IMG/VR virus record: IMGVR_UViG_2925514151_000008
Span: 8,203-72,202 of that record
DNA length: 64,000 nucleotides
Strand: one strand, 5' to 3'
Origin: a virus
Lineage: Duplodnaviria > Caudoviricetes
The notes beneath the pieces were generated by a model. It ran no database searches, had not been told where the DNA came from, and saw only the letters and a program-made list of their open reading frames with translations. Below are positions 18,127 to 27,708 of the stretch, in pieces. The first letter of the stretch is position 1; each line of letters opens with the position of its first letter. Both the position numbers and the translations under genes were made by a program.

Positions 18127-19816
18127 TCCGGCAACGCAGTATGCAAAGGATGTAACCTCTGGAAAAGAACTGGCCGGTCCTGACATTCGAAATGCCTGCC
18201 AGAGACATCTCAGGGATCTTGAATCTTGCCATGCACGAGGGCTCCATTGGGATGTTGAGGCAGCACAGCGCTCCATTGATTATTTTGCGAAAGTCCTCAA
18301 GCTCAACGGGGGCGATTTTGAAGGTGCGCCTTTTGTTCTGCTTCCATGGCAGTGTTTCATCGTCGGTTCGATTTTTGGCTGGAAAAATGCCAGAGGTTTT
18401 CGCCGGTTCCGAATGGTCTACGTGGAATCAGGAAAAGGTTCTGGCAAATCCCCCCTTTCTGCCGGGATAGGTCTTTACTGTCTCACTGCGGATAAAGAAC
18501 CTCGTGCTGAAGTTTATGCTGCTGCTACGAAAAAAGACCAGGCAATGGTCCTCTTTCGTGATGCGGTGGCGATGGTCGATCAGTCTCCGGCTCTTTCCGC
18601 ACGCATACAGAAATCTGGCGGCGCCGGAAAAGAGTGGAACCTGGCTTTTCTTCAGGCTGGTTCATTCTTTCGCCCAATTAGTTCAGATGACGGACAGTCG
18701 GGTCCACGACCACATTGCGCTCTTATTGATGAAGTTCACGAGCATAAAAGCAATCAGGTTGTTGAAATGATGCGCGCCGGCACTAAAGGTCGCCGGCAGG
18801 CACTCATTTTTATGATCACCAACAGTGGACACGATAAAACCAGCGTCTGCTATGACTATCACGAATACGGTAGAAAGGTATCTGCCGGTTCTATAGAAGA
18901 TGACAGTTTTTTCGCCTTTATTTGTTCACTGGATGAAGGTGACGATCCTTTCAAGGATGAGTCCTGCTGGAAAAAGGCTAATCCCTCCTTGGGTCACACC
19001 TTTGAAGAAAGCTATCTTCGTGAGCAGGTGACTCAGGCCCGGGGGATGCCTTCGAAAGAGAGTATTGTCAGGCGTCTCAACTTCTGTCAGTGGGTTGACG
19101 CGGCTAACCCGTGGATGAGCAGTGATGTCTGGATGGGATGTGAGGAAAACTTTGATCCAGATGAGCTGGAGGGTGAGGAATGCTACGGTGGCCTGGACTT
19201 GTCCGGATCCCGTGATTTGACTGCCCTGGCGCTGTTTTTTCCAAAACAACGCAAGTTGCTGGTGGAGTTCTGGACACCCAAAGATACCTTGCTCGAACGG
19301 GCTAAAACGGACCGGGTGCCTTATGACGCCTGGGAGCGCGATGGTCACATCCACACTACTCCAGGCAAAGCGGTGAAATACGGCTTTGTTGCCCAGCGTA
19401 TTGCCGATCTGACGGAGAAGTTTGATATCAAGGCCATCGCCTTCGACCAGTATCGCATTAAATATCTTGAGCCGGAGCTTGAGGAAGCATCTGTTTCTGT
19501 TCCCTTAATCCCTCATGGGCAAGGGTATTACAAAGCGAAAGATTCCGGGCTGTGGATGCCTCACTCCATCGAATTGTTTGAAGAGTTGCTTGATGACAGT
19601 GTCATTATCATCAGGACGAACCCTTGTCTTCGCTGGAATGCGGCTTCAGCTGTGACGGAGGCTGATCAGAAAGAAAACCGGATTTTTGCCAAGAAAAAAA
19701 GTACCGGGCGTATCGACGGCATTGTAGCGGGCGCTATGGCAATCGGTGCCTCCGAAGGCTATGAGGATGATTCTGGCGATATCGACGACTTTTTCAGTAA
19801 TCCCATCATTGTGTGA
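18080..19816 (+). CDS. terL: Terminase large subunit
   Basis: Walker A GKGSGKS, Walker B LIDEVHEH, GLDLS, RIDG. Confidence 0.95.
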   Translation: MAKPPKKTRSTSSSVDPATQYAKDVTSGKELAGPDIRNACQRHLRDLESCHARGLHWDVEAAQRSIDYFAKVLKLNGGDFEGAPFVLLPWQCFIVGSIFGWKNARGFRRFRMVYVESGKGSGKSPLSAGIGLYCLTADKEPRAEVYAAATKKDQAMVLFRDAVAMVDQSPALSARIQKSGGAGKEWNLAFLQAGSFFRPISSDDGQSGPRPHCALIDEVHEHKSNQVVEMMRAGTKGRRQALIFMITNSGHDKTSVCYDYHEYGRKVSAGSIEDDSFFAFICSLDEGDDPFKDESCWKKANPSLGHTFEESYLREQVTQARGMPSKESIVRRLNFCQWVDAANPWMSSDVWMGCEENFDPDELEGEECYGGLDLSGSRDLTALALFFPKQRKLLVEFWTPKDTLLERAKTDRVPYDAWERDGHIHTTPGKAVKYGFVAQRIADLTEKFDIKAIAFDQYRIKYLEPELEEASVSVPLIPHGQGYYKAKDSGLWMPHSIELFEELLDDSVIIIRTNPCLRWNAASAVTEADQKENRIFAKKKSTGRIDGIVAGAMAIGASEGYEDDSGDIDDFFSNPIIV

Positions 19817-19822
19817 GTCACC

Positions 19823-21142
19823 ATGAATAAAGAGAAGAAGCCAGGCCGGATAAAAAGCGCTGTTCGCCGGTGGCTCGGCGTACCCATCTCCCTTACCGAC
19901 GGTGAATTCTGGGCTGCTTATGCTGGTGGGCAGTCAGCAGCAGGGAAATCCGTTACGGTTGATAAAGCCCTGCAGTTATCGGCAGTGTGGTCATGTGTAA
20001 GGCTGTTATCCGAAACCATCGCGACGTTGCCTGTTGGTTTTTACGAAAAAACGGCTGACGGTCGCCAGAATGCAAATGATCACCCGCTTTATGAGCTCCT
20101 CCATAATCAACCCAATGCTGATATGACTGCAGTGGAGTTCTGGGAAATGATCATGGCCAGCCTGCTTTTGTGGGGGAATGCTTATGCAGAAATCGATCGA
20201 ACCGGAAAGCGTATTACCTCGCTGGTGCCTCTCAGGCCAGAAAGGATGAAGGTTGATTTAAGCAAGAGCGGAGATCCAATTTATACCTACCGTGACTGGC
20301 CTTCAGGTACATCCCGAAACATTGATGAACGGGACATCATGCACATCCGTGCGTTCAGCACCAATGGTGTCATGGGCCTGTCACCTGTCAGTTATGCCCG
20401 ACAGACACTTGGTCTGGCAATGGCAACAGATGAAGCCAGCGCCAAAGTTTTTAAAAACGGTATGCGGCCCAGCGGCGTTCTCTCAATGGATCAGATCCTG
20501 AAAAAAGAGCAGCGCAATGAAGTACGTGAAAGCATGGTTGAACAATTTTCTGGATCCATGAATACCGGGAAAATGATGGTTCTTGAAGCGGGAATGAAGT
20601 TTCAGCCTGTTGACCTCAACCCGGAAGACGCCCAGATGCTGCAGTCCAGAGCCTTCAATATCGAAGAGATTTGTCGGTGGTTCAGAGTATGGCCGGGGTT
20701 GATTGGACATACCGCCCAGGGGCAGACGATGTGGGGAAGTGGCGTCGAACAGATGCTGATTGGCTTTTTAACGTTTTCACTTCGTCCATGGCTGACCCGT
20801 ATTGAGCAGGCGATTCGTAAAAGTCTCCTGGCTCCGGGAGAAAGAAATAAGTACTTCGCAGAGTTTTCCATCGAAGGTCTCTTACGTGCTGACAGCGCCG
20901 CCCGTGCAGCTTTTTACTCAACGATGACCCAGAACGGTCTGATGACCCGCAATGAAGCACGGCAAAAAGAAAACCTTCAGCCAAAACCTGGCGCTGACCA
21001 ACTAACCGTTCAATCCAACCTGCTGCCGATAGATCAGCTTGGCAAGTCCGGCGACAGTGAATCAGCCAAAAACGCACTGCGGGAATGGCTTGGCATTAAA
21101 TCAGAGGAGACGCCGGAATGTACCGGAAAAACGCAGCCATGA
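19823..21142 (+). CDS. HK97-family portal
   Basis: AVWSCVRLLSETIATLP, LLWGNAY, GLMTRNEAR. Confidence 0.95.
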   Translation: MNKEKKPGRIKSAVRRWLGVPISLTDGEFWAAYAGGQSAAGKSVTVDKALQLSAVWSCVRLLSETIATLPVGFYEKTADGRQNANDHPLYELLHNQPNADMTAVEFWEMIMASLLLWGNAYAEIDRTGKRITSLVPLRPERMKVDLSKSGDPIYTYRDWPSGTSRNIDERDIMHIRAFSTNGVMGLSPVSYARQTLGLAMATDEASAKVFKNGMRPSGVLSMDQILKKEQRNEVRESMVEQFSGSMNTGKMMVLEAGMKFQPVDLNPEDAQMLQSRAFNIEEICRWFRVWPGLIGHTAQGQTMWGSGVEQMLIGFLTFSLRPWLTRIEQAIRKSLLAPGERNKYFAEFSIEGLLRADSAARAAFYSTMTQNGLMTRNEARQKENLQPKPGADQLTVQSNLLPIDQLGKSGDSESAKNALREWLGIKSEETPECTGKTQP

Positions 21143-21825
21143 AAGTAAAGGCATTCGACTTCGATATTAAGGCTGTCAACGATGACGGCCTTTTTTCTGG
21201 ATACGGTTCTGTTTTCGATGTGGTGGATAGCTACAACGAAGTCGTGGCGCCGGGCGCATTCCTTGAAAGCATTGAGGAAACACGGGCGAAGGGGAGAACG
21301 TTCCCTGTTCTCTGGCAGCATCGCACCGGCGAACCCATCGGGAACTGGGATATCTCGACCCTGAAAGAAGATAAACATGGGCTTTTTGGTGAAGGCGCTT
21401 TGTGGCTTGACGACGCTGCCTACGCTAAAACTGCCTGGCGGGGTATGAAAACCCGTGCCATTACAGGCCTTTCCATTGGCTATTACGTACGGGAGTCGAA
21501 TTATGATGAGAAAACCCGGATCCGCACATTAACGAAGCTCGATCTGGTGGAAATCTCCATCGTTACCGTACCGGCCAACGACGATGCCCGCATCGACGTC
21601 ATTAAGTCGAAATTATCACACGGTGATCTTCCTTCCTTACCCGAATTTGAGAAGTTCCTGCGAGAGGCAGGTTTCTCGAAAAGTCAGTCCGCTGCGGTCG
21701 CCTCCCGCGGACTGTCCTATCTGCTTGACCGGAGTGAGTCCGGGGGCGAAGACGGCGAAACCAAAGCGGCTATTGCGGCGATGCGCCAGCAACTGAGCCA
21801 GTTTTCTCTCCCAAAAATTCTCTAA
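21118..21825 (+). CDS. HK97 prohead protease
   Basis: FSGYGSVF, LWQH, GLSIGY, EISIVTVPAN. Confidence 0.93.
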   Translation: MYRKNAAMKVKAFDFDIKAVNDDGLFSGYGSVFDVVDSYNEVVAPGAFLESIEETRAKGRTFPVLWQHRTGEPIGNWDISTLKEDKHGLFGEGALWLDDAAYAKTAWRGMKTRAITGLSIGYYVRESNYDEKTRIRTLTKLDLVEISIVTVPANDDARIDVIKSKLSHGDLPSLPEFEKFLREAGFSKSQSAAVASRGLSYLLDRSESGGEDGETKAAIAAMRQQLSQFSLPKIL

Positions 21826-21834
21826 GGGATTTAT

Positions 21835-23055
21835 ATGTACCAGAAAAAATCGGCTGATGATCAGCCACAAAGTATTGGCGAAATCTCTAATCAGCTCACC
21901 ATGGTGATTGATCAGGTCAAAAACTTTGGCGAAGACGTGAAGAAAAAAATGGAGGCAGGAGAAACCGTTTCGCTGGAACTGAAACAACGAACGGACGAAA
22001 GCCTTAACCAGATGAACGAGCTGAAAGAACGTCTCACTGAGCTGGAGCAAAAAGGTGCACGCCGCCCGAACGATGCACCTGCACAGCGAAAATCGCTCGG
22101 TGAGCTGGTGGTCGAAAGTGAAGAGTTCAAAGGTATGGACAGTTCGGCCCGTAAGAGCATCCGCGTCAAACTGGAACAGAAAGATATTATGAACGTGCCG
22201 GCCACTACGGGCACAGGCGTGAGCCCAACCAACAGCCTTGTGGTCTCTGATCGTGTTCAGGGCATTATCGCCCCGCCGGAACGCACTCTGACCATCCGTA
22301 ATCTGCTTATCCCTGGCACTACCGCATCTAACGGTATTGAATTCGTTCAGGAAACGGGGTTTACCAATAATGCTGCAGCTGTGGCGGAAGGTGCCCTGAA
22401 ACCAAAATCAGACATTCAGTTTGATCTGAAAAGTGCGCCGGTTCGTACTATTGCGCATTACTTTAAAGCGTCCCGTCAGATCCTGGACGATGCGCCCGGT
22501 CTGGCCAGCTATATCAATGGCCGCGCTCAGTATGGTCTTCGTTTCAAAGAAGAGCAGCAACTGCTGAGCGGCGATGGCACCGGTGCGAATATCCTCGGTA
22601 TCCTGCCGCAGGCAACAGAATTTGCACCAGCCCTAACCCTGTCCAATGCCACGCCGATCGACCGTCTTCGCCTGGCTGTTCTGCAGGCCGTTCTTGCGGA
22701 ATATCCGGCGTCTGGTTTTGTCCTGAACCCGATTGACTGGGCAGGCATCGAGCTGACCAAAGATAACGAAGGTCGCTATATCATCGCGCAGCCGGTCAAT
22801 AGTGGTGTTCCTCGTATCTGGGGTCTCCCTGTTGTGGAAACACAGGCCATGGCGCAGAACAACTTCCTGACTGGTGCCTTCAACATGGCTGCGCAAATCT
22901 TCGACCGCATGGATATCGAAGTGCTGCTCTCCACTGAGAACGAAGATGACTTTATTAAAAACATGGTCACCATTCGTGCGGAAGAGCGTCTGGCGTTAGC
23001 GGTTTATCGTCCGGAAGCATTTGTCACCGGTACGGTAACCGCTTCTGGCGGCTGA
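21835..23055 (+). CDS. Major capsid protein (HK97 fold)
   Basis: Coiled-coil delta domain; VAEGALKP, IRAEERL. Confidence 0.95.
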   Translation: MYQKKSADDQPQSIGEISNQLTMVIDQVKNFGEDVKKKMEAGETVSLELKQRTDESLNQMNELKERLTELEQKGARRPNDAPAQRKSLGELVVESEEFKGMDSSARKSIRVKLEQKDIMNVPATTGTGVSPTNSLVVSDRVQGIIAPPERTLTIRNLLIPGTTASNGIEFVQETGFTNNAAAVAEGALKPKSDIQFDLKSAPVRTIAHYFKASRQILDDAPGLASYINGRAQYGLRFKEEQQLLSGDGTGANILGILPQATEFAPALTLSNATPIDRLRLAVLQAVLAEYPASGFVLNPIDWAGIELTKDNEGRYIIAQPVNSGVPRIWGLPVVETQAMAQNNFLTGAFNMAAQIFDRMDIEVLLSTENEDDFIKNMVTIRAEERLALAVYRPEAFVTGTVTASGG

Positions 23056-23100
23056 CAATTCAGGGCCGCTTAGCGGCCCTCTCTTTCTGAGGAGATAGTG

Positions 23101-23355
23101 ATGGCCAGAAAAAATGTGGCTGAACCGTCTGTATCCGACGGCATAAATGCGGCGCCAGAACCCACAGAGTCCGGGACTATTCAGGTTCAGCCTGTCAGGC
23201 GTTTTATGGATGGCGACATTTTCAGGATGCCAGCTGATGATCCGTTTCACGTCTCTCGCTTACGTGCTGCCGAGCTCAAAGGTAACGGGCTGGTGACCAT
23301 AGTTGGTGAAGTCCCTGATAACAAAATGAACCGCGCCCCCGAAACCAAAGGGTAA
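23101..23355 (+). CDS. Hypothetical head-region protein
   Basis: GGAG RBS; follows capsid terminator hairpin. Confidence 0.65.
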   Translation: MARKNVAEPSVSDGINAAPEPTESGTIQVQPVRRFMDGDIFRMPADDPFHVSRLRAAELKGNGLVTIVGEVPDNKMNRAPETKG

Positions 23356-23693
23356 TGGTTATGACGGTAATCAATACTGAAACAGCCATGGAACATCTCA
23401 GGCTGGATGATGAAATCGATAAAACGATGGTGGAGGGGTATCTTGCCGCTGCGGAGGATGCTGCAATGCAGTTTCTCAACCGACGCTTTTTCGCTGACCA
23501 GGCTGCTCTGGATAGTGCTGTTGAGAATGAAAGCGCTGGCGATCGTCCTCTTATCATCACGCCCTCCATTCAGAGCGCGGTTCTTCTTATCGTGGGCTGG
23601 TTGTATGAAAACCGCGGGGATGATCTGAGTCCTGATATTCCAGGACCCGCACGCTGGTTGCTGAATCCCTGGCGAATTCAAATGGGTGTTTAG
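23355..23693 (+). CDS. Head-tail connector (gp6-like)
   Basis: HLRLD, AVLLIVGWLYENR. Confidence 0.9.
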   Translation: MVMTVINTETAMEHLRLDDEIDKTMVEGYLAAAEDAAMQFLNRRFFADQAALDSAVENESAGDRPLIITPSIQSAVLLIVGWLYENRGDDLSPDIPGPARWLLNPWRIQMGV

Positions 23694-23702
23694 CCGGAGG
23701 GG

Positions 23703-24044
23703 ATGATGAAAATTGGACCAATGCGGCATCGGATCACCATCCGTAATTTTATTACTACACGAACACCGAGTGGTCAGCCAACAGAAGAGTGGTCTGACGG
23801 CGCCACTATCTGGGCAGAGGTTAAGGGAATCAGTGGGCGAGAGAGCCTGACAGCAGGAGCAGAAAGGGCGGATGCTACCATTCGTGTATGGGTTCGATAT
23901 CGCAAAGATATTTCGGCATCATCGCGGCTTCTTGTCCTGAATGGCCCCTACAAAGGAGTGACATTGAATGTCACCGGGCCTCCGGTGCCAGATGGCAAAG
24001 GTATCCGGCTGGAAATTCTTTGCAAACAGGGGACCGAAAAATGA
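23703..24044 (+). CDS. Head closure protein
   Basis: MRHRITI, IWAEVKGISGRE. Confidence 0.88.
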   Translation: MMKIGPMRHRITIRNFITTRTPSGQPTEEWSDGATIWAEVKGISGRESLTAGAERADATIRVWVRYRKDISASSRLLVLNGPYKGVTLNVTGPPVPDGKGIRLEILCKQGTEK

Positions 24045-24490
24045 TTGATGTGAATCTGGATTTTTCCGGCTTAGAGGATATCGCCCGAGACCTGCAAACC
24101 CTCAGCAAAGCCGAAAACAGCAAAGTCCTCCGGGATTCGACCCGCGCCGGGGCTGAAGTCCTCCGGCAGGAAGTGATTGACAGGGCTCCTGAGCAAACCG
24201 GGAAGCTGAAGAAAAACGTTGTTGTCGTCACCCAGAAAAGCCGCCGTCGAGGTGAAATCTCGTCGGGGGTGCATATTCGTGGCGTTAACCCGCGAACGGG
24301 GAACAGCGACAACACCATGAAGGCCAGCAACAAGCGGAATGCGTTTTACTGGCGCTTCGTGGAGCTGGGAACATCTACGGCGCCAGCACATCCGTTTGTT
24401 CGTCCTGCCTTTGATACCCGCATGGAAGAGGCTGCGCAGGTGGCGATGCAGCGGATGAATCAGGCTATCGATGAGGTGTTATCAAAATGA
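24041..24490 (+). CDS. HK97 gp10-family tail component
   Basis: YWRFVELGT..APAHPFVRPA; start at ATG 24041. Confidence 0.9.
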   Translation: MIDVNLDFSGLEDIARDLQTLSKAENSKVLRDSTRAGAEVLRQEVIDRAPEQTGKLKKNVVVVTQKSRRRGEISSGVHIRGVNPRTGNSDNTMKASNKRNAFYWRFVELGTSTAPAHPFVRPAFDTRMEEAAQVAMQRMNQAIDEVLSK

Positions 24491-24834
24491 CAGAGGATGA
24501 TCTCTATGACCTGCTGTCGTCGCTGGCAGACGGGCGGGTTTATCCGTATGTAGTATCGCTGGGCAGCGACGGACTTCCTGCAGTTTCCACTCCCTATGTC
24601 ATTTTCTCGATACCGACTGATGTTGCCGGGGATGTTTTCTGCGGCCAGGCAGAGTCGACACTGCGCATTCAGGTTGATGTATGGGCTGAAACGAATGACG
24701 AAGCCCGGGCGATACGCCTGGATGCCCTGGCTCGCCTGCAGGTGCTTTCACCTGTCGAGGTGACAAAAATTCCTGGCTACGACACGACAACCCATCTTCA
24801 TCGGGCAACCCTCGAAATAACGGTTATTGCCTGA
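24487..24834 (+). CDS. Tail terminator (DUF3168-like)
   Basis: GRVYP, IQVDVWA; gene position. Confidence 0.8.
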   Translation: MTEDDLYDLLSSLADGRVYPYVVSLGSDGLPAVSTPYVIFSIPTDVAGDVFCGQAESTLRIQVDVWAETNDEARAIRLDALARLQVLSPVEVTKIPGYDTTTHLHRATLEITVIA

Positions 24835-24890
24835 CAAAAACCAATCCAATCCGACCGCCGCTGGCGGTTTTTTCATTTATGGAGGCTGCG

Positions 24891-25595
24891 ATGTCAGCAC
24901 TATTTGAACGTGCCCAAAAAACGGTTGTAATGATTACCTCTGTGCCGGTCACCGCGGCAGAGCTGGATACGGCAACCTGGTTAAACCTGAGTTGCACTAT
25001 CAAACAGGCCAGCTTTACCGCTGGTCAGAAAAACGATATTGACGTGACAGTGCTGTGTTCGGATGAAACGGAAAATATCAACGGCCTTCCGGCTCCGTCT
25101 GAAATGTCACTTTCCGGTAACTTCTACCGCAATCCGGCGCAGGATGCACTTCGTGCAGCATACGATAACGACGGGGTTTATGGATTTAAGGTTATTTTCC
25201 CGTCTGGTAATGGATTCCTGATGCGCGCTGAGGTACGTCAGCACACCTGGGATTCTCAAACCAACGGTGTTGTTGCTGCAACGTTCTCGCTGCGTCTGAA
25301 AGGCAAACCCACCAATATTAATGCCCCAGGAGTCCTGTCTTTTGCTACTGACCTTCCGGCGTCCCAAACGGTCGCGGCAGGAAGCGCCCTGACTATGGGC
25401 GTGGTCGTCCAGGGTGGTACGGCACCTTATACCTACGTCTGGAAAAAGGGTGCCTCGACGGTCAGCGGCCAGACCAGCGCAACGTTTACGAAAGCCAGCG
25501 CTGTATCCGGTGATGCCGGGGTTTATTCCTGCGTGGTTACTGATGCCGATGGCACCGTTATCACCTCTGCTGATCTCACCGTCACCATCAGTTAA
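24891..25595 (+). CDS. Major tail tube protein with C-terminal Ig-like domain
   Basis: IDVTVL..E.E.INGL; PYTYVWKK...DAGVYSCVV Ig motif. Confidence 0.9.
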   Translation: MSALFERAQKTVVMITSVPVTAAELDTATWLNLSCTIKQASFTAGQKNDIDVTVLCSDETENINGLPAPSEMSLSGNFYRNPAQDALRAAYDNDGVYGFKVIFPSGNGFLMRAEVRQHTWDSQTNGVVAATFSLRLKGKPTNINAPGVLSFATDLPASQTVAAGSALTMGVVVQGGTAPYTYVWKKGASTVSGQTSATFTKASAVSGDAGVYSCVVTDADGTVITSADLTVTIS

Positions 25596-25625
25596 TGGAG
25601 CGCCGGGAAACCGGCGATAAACTTA

Positions 25626-26030
25626 ATGTCAAAACTGAGTCTTAAAGCACTGGCACTGGCCCCGATGGCGGGCTTTCGTAAAAAAGAAGTCATCGTTCCG
25701 GAGTGGGATAACGCCAAAGTCATCATTCGTGAGCCATCAGCAGAAGCCTGGATTCGCTGGCAGGGCATTGCCAGCCCTGAACCACCCAAACCACTGGAAG
25801 GGCAGGATCCCCAGGAGGCACCGGAACTGACCCCTTCAGAACGAGCCTTCCGCACGATGCGGGCTGATGTCACGCTTTTCATCGATATTTTGCTGGATAC
25901 CGACCTGCAGTCCGTTTTTACTGTCGATGACACCGAACAGGTTGAAGCGATCTATGGCCCTGTGCATTCGCGGCTGTTGAAGCAGGCACTCGATCTCATT
26001 CGTGACGCGGATGATGCTAAAGCAAAGTAA
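25626..26030 (+). CDS. Tail assembly chaperone G
   Basis: VPEW..KVIIREPS, YGPVHSRLL; between tube and TMP. Confidence 0.88.
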   Translation: MSKLSLKALALAPMAGFRKKEVIVPEWDNAKVIIREPSAEAWIRWQGIASPEPPKPLEGQDPQEAPELTPSERAFRTMRADVTLFIDILLDTDLQSVFTVDDTEQVEAIYGPVHSRLLKQALDLIRDADDAKAK

Positions 26031-26032
26031 AA

Positions 26033-26338
26033 ATGCCTGGCATGCAGTTCCTGATGGCGCTGGCGCTCCGGATGGGCCGCACGCTGGGCGAACTGCGACA
26101 AACCATGACGGTCGGCGAATTCAGGATGTGGGCTGAATATGATCGTATCAGCCCGATCGGTGATATCCGTGGCGATATTCTCAATGCTCAGCTGGTATCA
26201 GCGGTTTACGGGGCGCAGGGCGGTAAAGTCACCATTGAAGAGGCTCAGCTTCAGTGGAGTACAGAAGAAGATGAGGCAAGCGACAGCGGCGATCCATTTG
26301 CCGGGTTAGAAGCCGCTTTGCTCGCCGCTTCGGAATAA
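26033..26338 (+). CDS. Tail assembly chaperone T (frameshift extension of G)
   Basis: -1 frame relative to G; FLMALALRMGRTL. Confidence 0.85.
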   Translation: MPGMQFLMALALRMGRTLGELRQTMTVGEFRMWAEYDRISPIGDIRGDILNAQLVSAVYGAQGGKVTIEEAQLQWSTEEDEASDSGDPFAGLEAALLAASE

Positions 26339-27170
26339 AATCGAATTATCTCCAGCCTCGCTTCACCGTGGGGCTTTTCTATATCTGCAATTTAAAGCGC
26401 ATTCGCGTGCGCATCTTCCAGCAAGAGCTTTCCGTAGTGTGAGTCTGAGACAGGGCGGTGGTTATCATCGTTCCGCTCTTGGCTGCCCATGTCTACGCGA
26501 ACAGGCTCGCACCACAGAAAGGTAAATACGATGAAATATCCAACCGTATCAGTAAACGGCGTTTCAGTTCGTGTTGATGACTATGGACGTTACAGTCTGA
26601 ATGACCTGCACGCCTCCGCTGTAGGCAGTGGTCAGGCCAAAGAAAATCAGGGACCAAGTCAGTTCCTTCGCTCCAAAAAGGTTAAAGATTTCGTTCAAAC
26701 CTTAGCCAGAATGCAAAAATGCACTCTGGAAGAAAATCAACCAGTTAAGGTTATTAACGGCGGCGTAAACCAAGGTGTATGGGCCCTGGAAATTGTTGCA
26801 ATACGCTATGCCGCATGGCTCAGTGCTGAGTTTGAGATCCGGGTTTACCAAACCTTTCAGTCTCTTGTTCGACAGGGCTTTGATGCTATGGCCCGCTTAA
26901 ATAAAATTGACCATGTGATAAACACTGAAACCAAGGAAGTGAGCCAGTGTGCAAGCCGTATGGGCAAATGGGGGGCGGGAGGACGGAAACGCCTACTCTT
27001 TGCAGCTCGCACCCGTGTGGTTGATGAGGTTCAAATGTATCTGCCTGGATTTGAGGCGTGACACCCTCAAATCCGTGGTTTTTGAGATAGCTCACTCAGG
27101 TGGGCTTTCATCGATACACGGGGACTAACAACAGTGATCCTTTTTAAGGCTTAGAAGCCGCTTTGCTCGC
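26306..27170. repeat. 20-bp direct repeat bracketing the KilA-N moron
   Basis: TTAGAAGCCGCTTTGCTCGC at 26306-26325 and 27151-27170. Confidence 0.9.
26531..27061 (+). CDS. KilA-N domain protein (tail-region moron)
   Basis: GRYSLNDLH, VAIRYAAWLSAEFEIRVY; start ATG 26531. Confidence 0.88.
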   Translation: MKYPTVSVNGVSVRVDDYGRYSLNDLHASAVGSGQAKENQGPSQFLRSKKVKDFVQTLARMQKCTLEENQPVKVINGGVNQGVWALEIVAIRYAAWLSAEFEIRVYQTFQSLVRQGFDAMARLNKIDHVINTETKEVSQCASRMGKWGAGGRKRLLFAARTRVVDEVQMYLPGFEA

Positions 27171-27257
27171 AGCATCAGCTTGAACAAACAATGATAGCTG
27201 AAGTTTTACATAACCAATGGTAGGATTTACCCATATCCTTACCAATAGGGGCGCTGT

Positions 27258-27641
27258 GTGAAAAAATTAATAGTTTTGGCATTATCCATTATATTTCTGG
27301 CAGGATGTAAACCCAGCGACGAAAAAGCAATAGATATTGCCAAAAAGGAAGTTGCTGCTGACATGAAAGATCCAGATAGTGCAAAGTTTCGCTATCTAAG
27401 GTTTGTAAAAGCAGGTGAAAAAGATGGACTGGTTGGCGGATTTGTTTGTGGGGAAATAAATTCAAAAAATAGTTTCGGAGCCTATGCTGGTTATTCAAAG
27501 TTTCAGCTGGCATTAACAATGAAATCGAAAGGTTTTTTCTCTAAAGGCGTAAACTATACCATTGATGATAAGAAGATATACAAGACCCTCATTGGGTCTG
27601 ATTTGGATTTGTATTATAAGGTATGCGGTCAGGATGAATGA
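27258..27641 (+). CDS. Moron lipoprotein
   Basis: Lipobox FLAGC; KDPDSAKF...VCGEINSKNSFGAYAG. Confidence 0.82.
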   Translation: MKKLIVLALSIIFLAGCKPSDEKAIDIAKKEVAADMKDPDSAKFRYLRFVKAGEKDGLVGGFVCGEINSKNSFGAYAGYSKFQLALTMKSKGFFSKGVNYTIDDKKIYKTLIGSDLDLYYKVCGQDE

Positions 27642-27708
27642 TTGATTAAACTAACAAATTAGATTAAGAGCCTCGCGTAAGCGGGGCTTTTTTTTTAGAG
27701 GAATAGCA

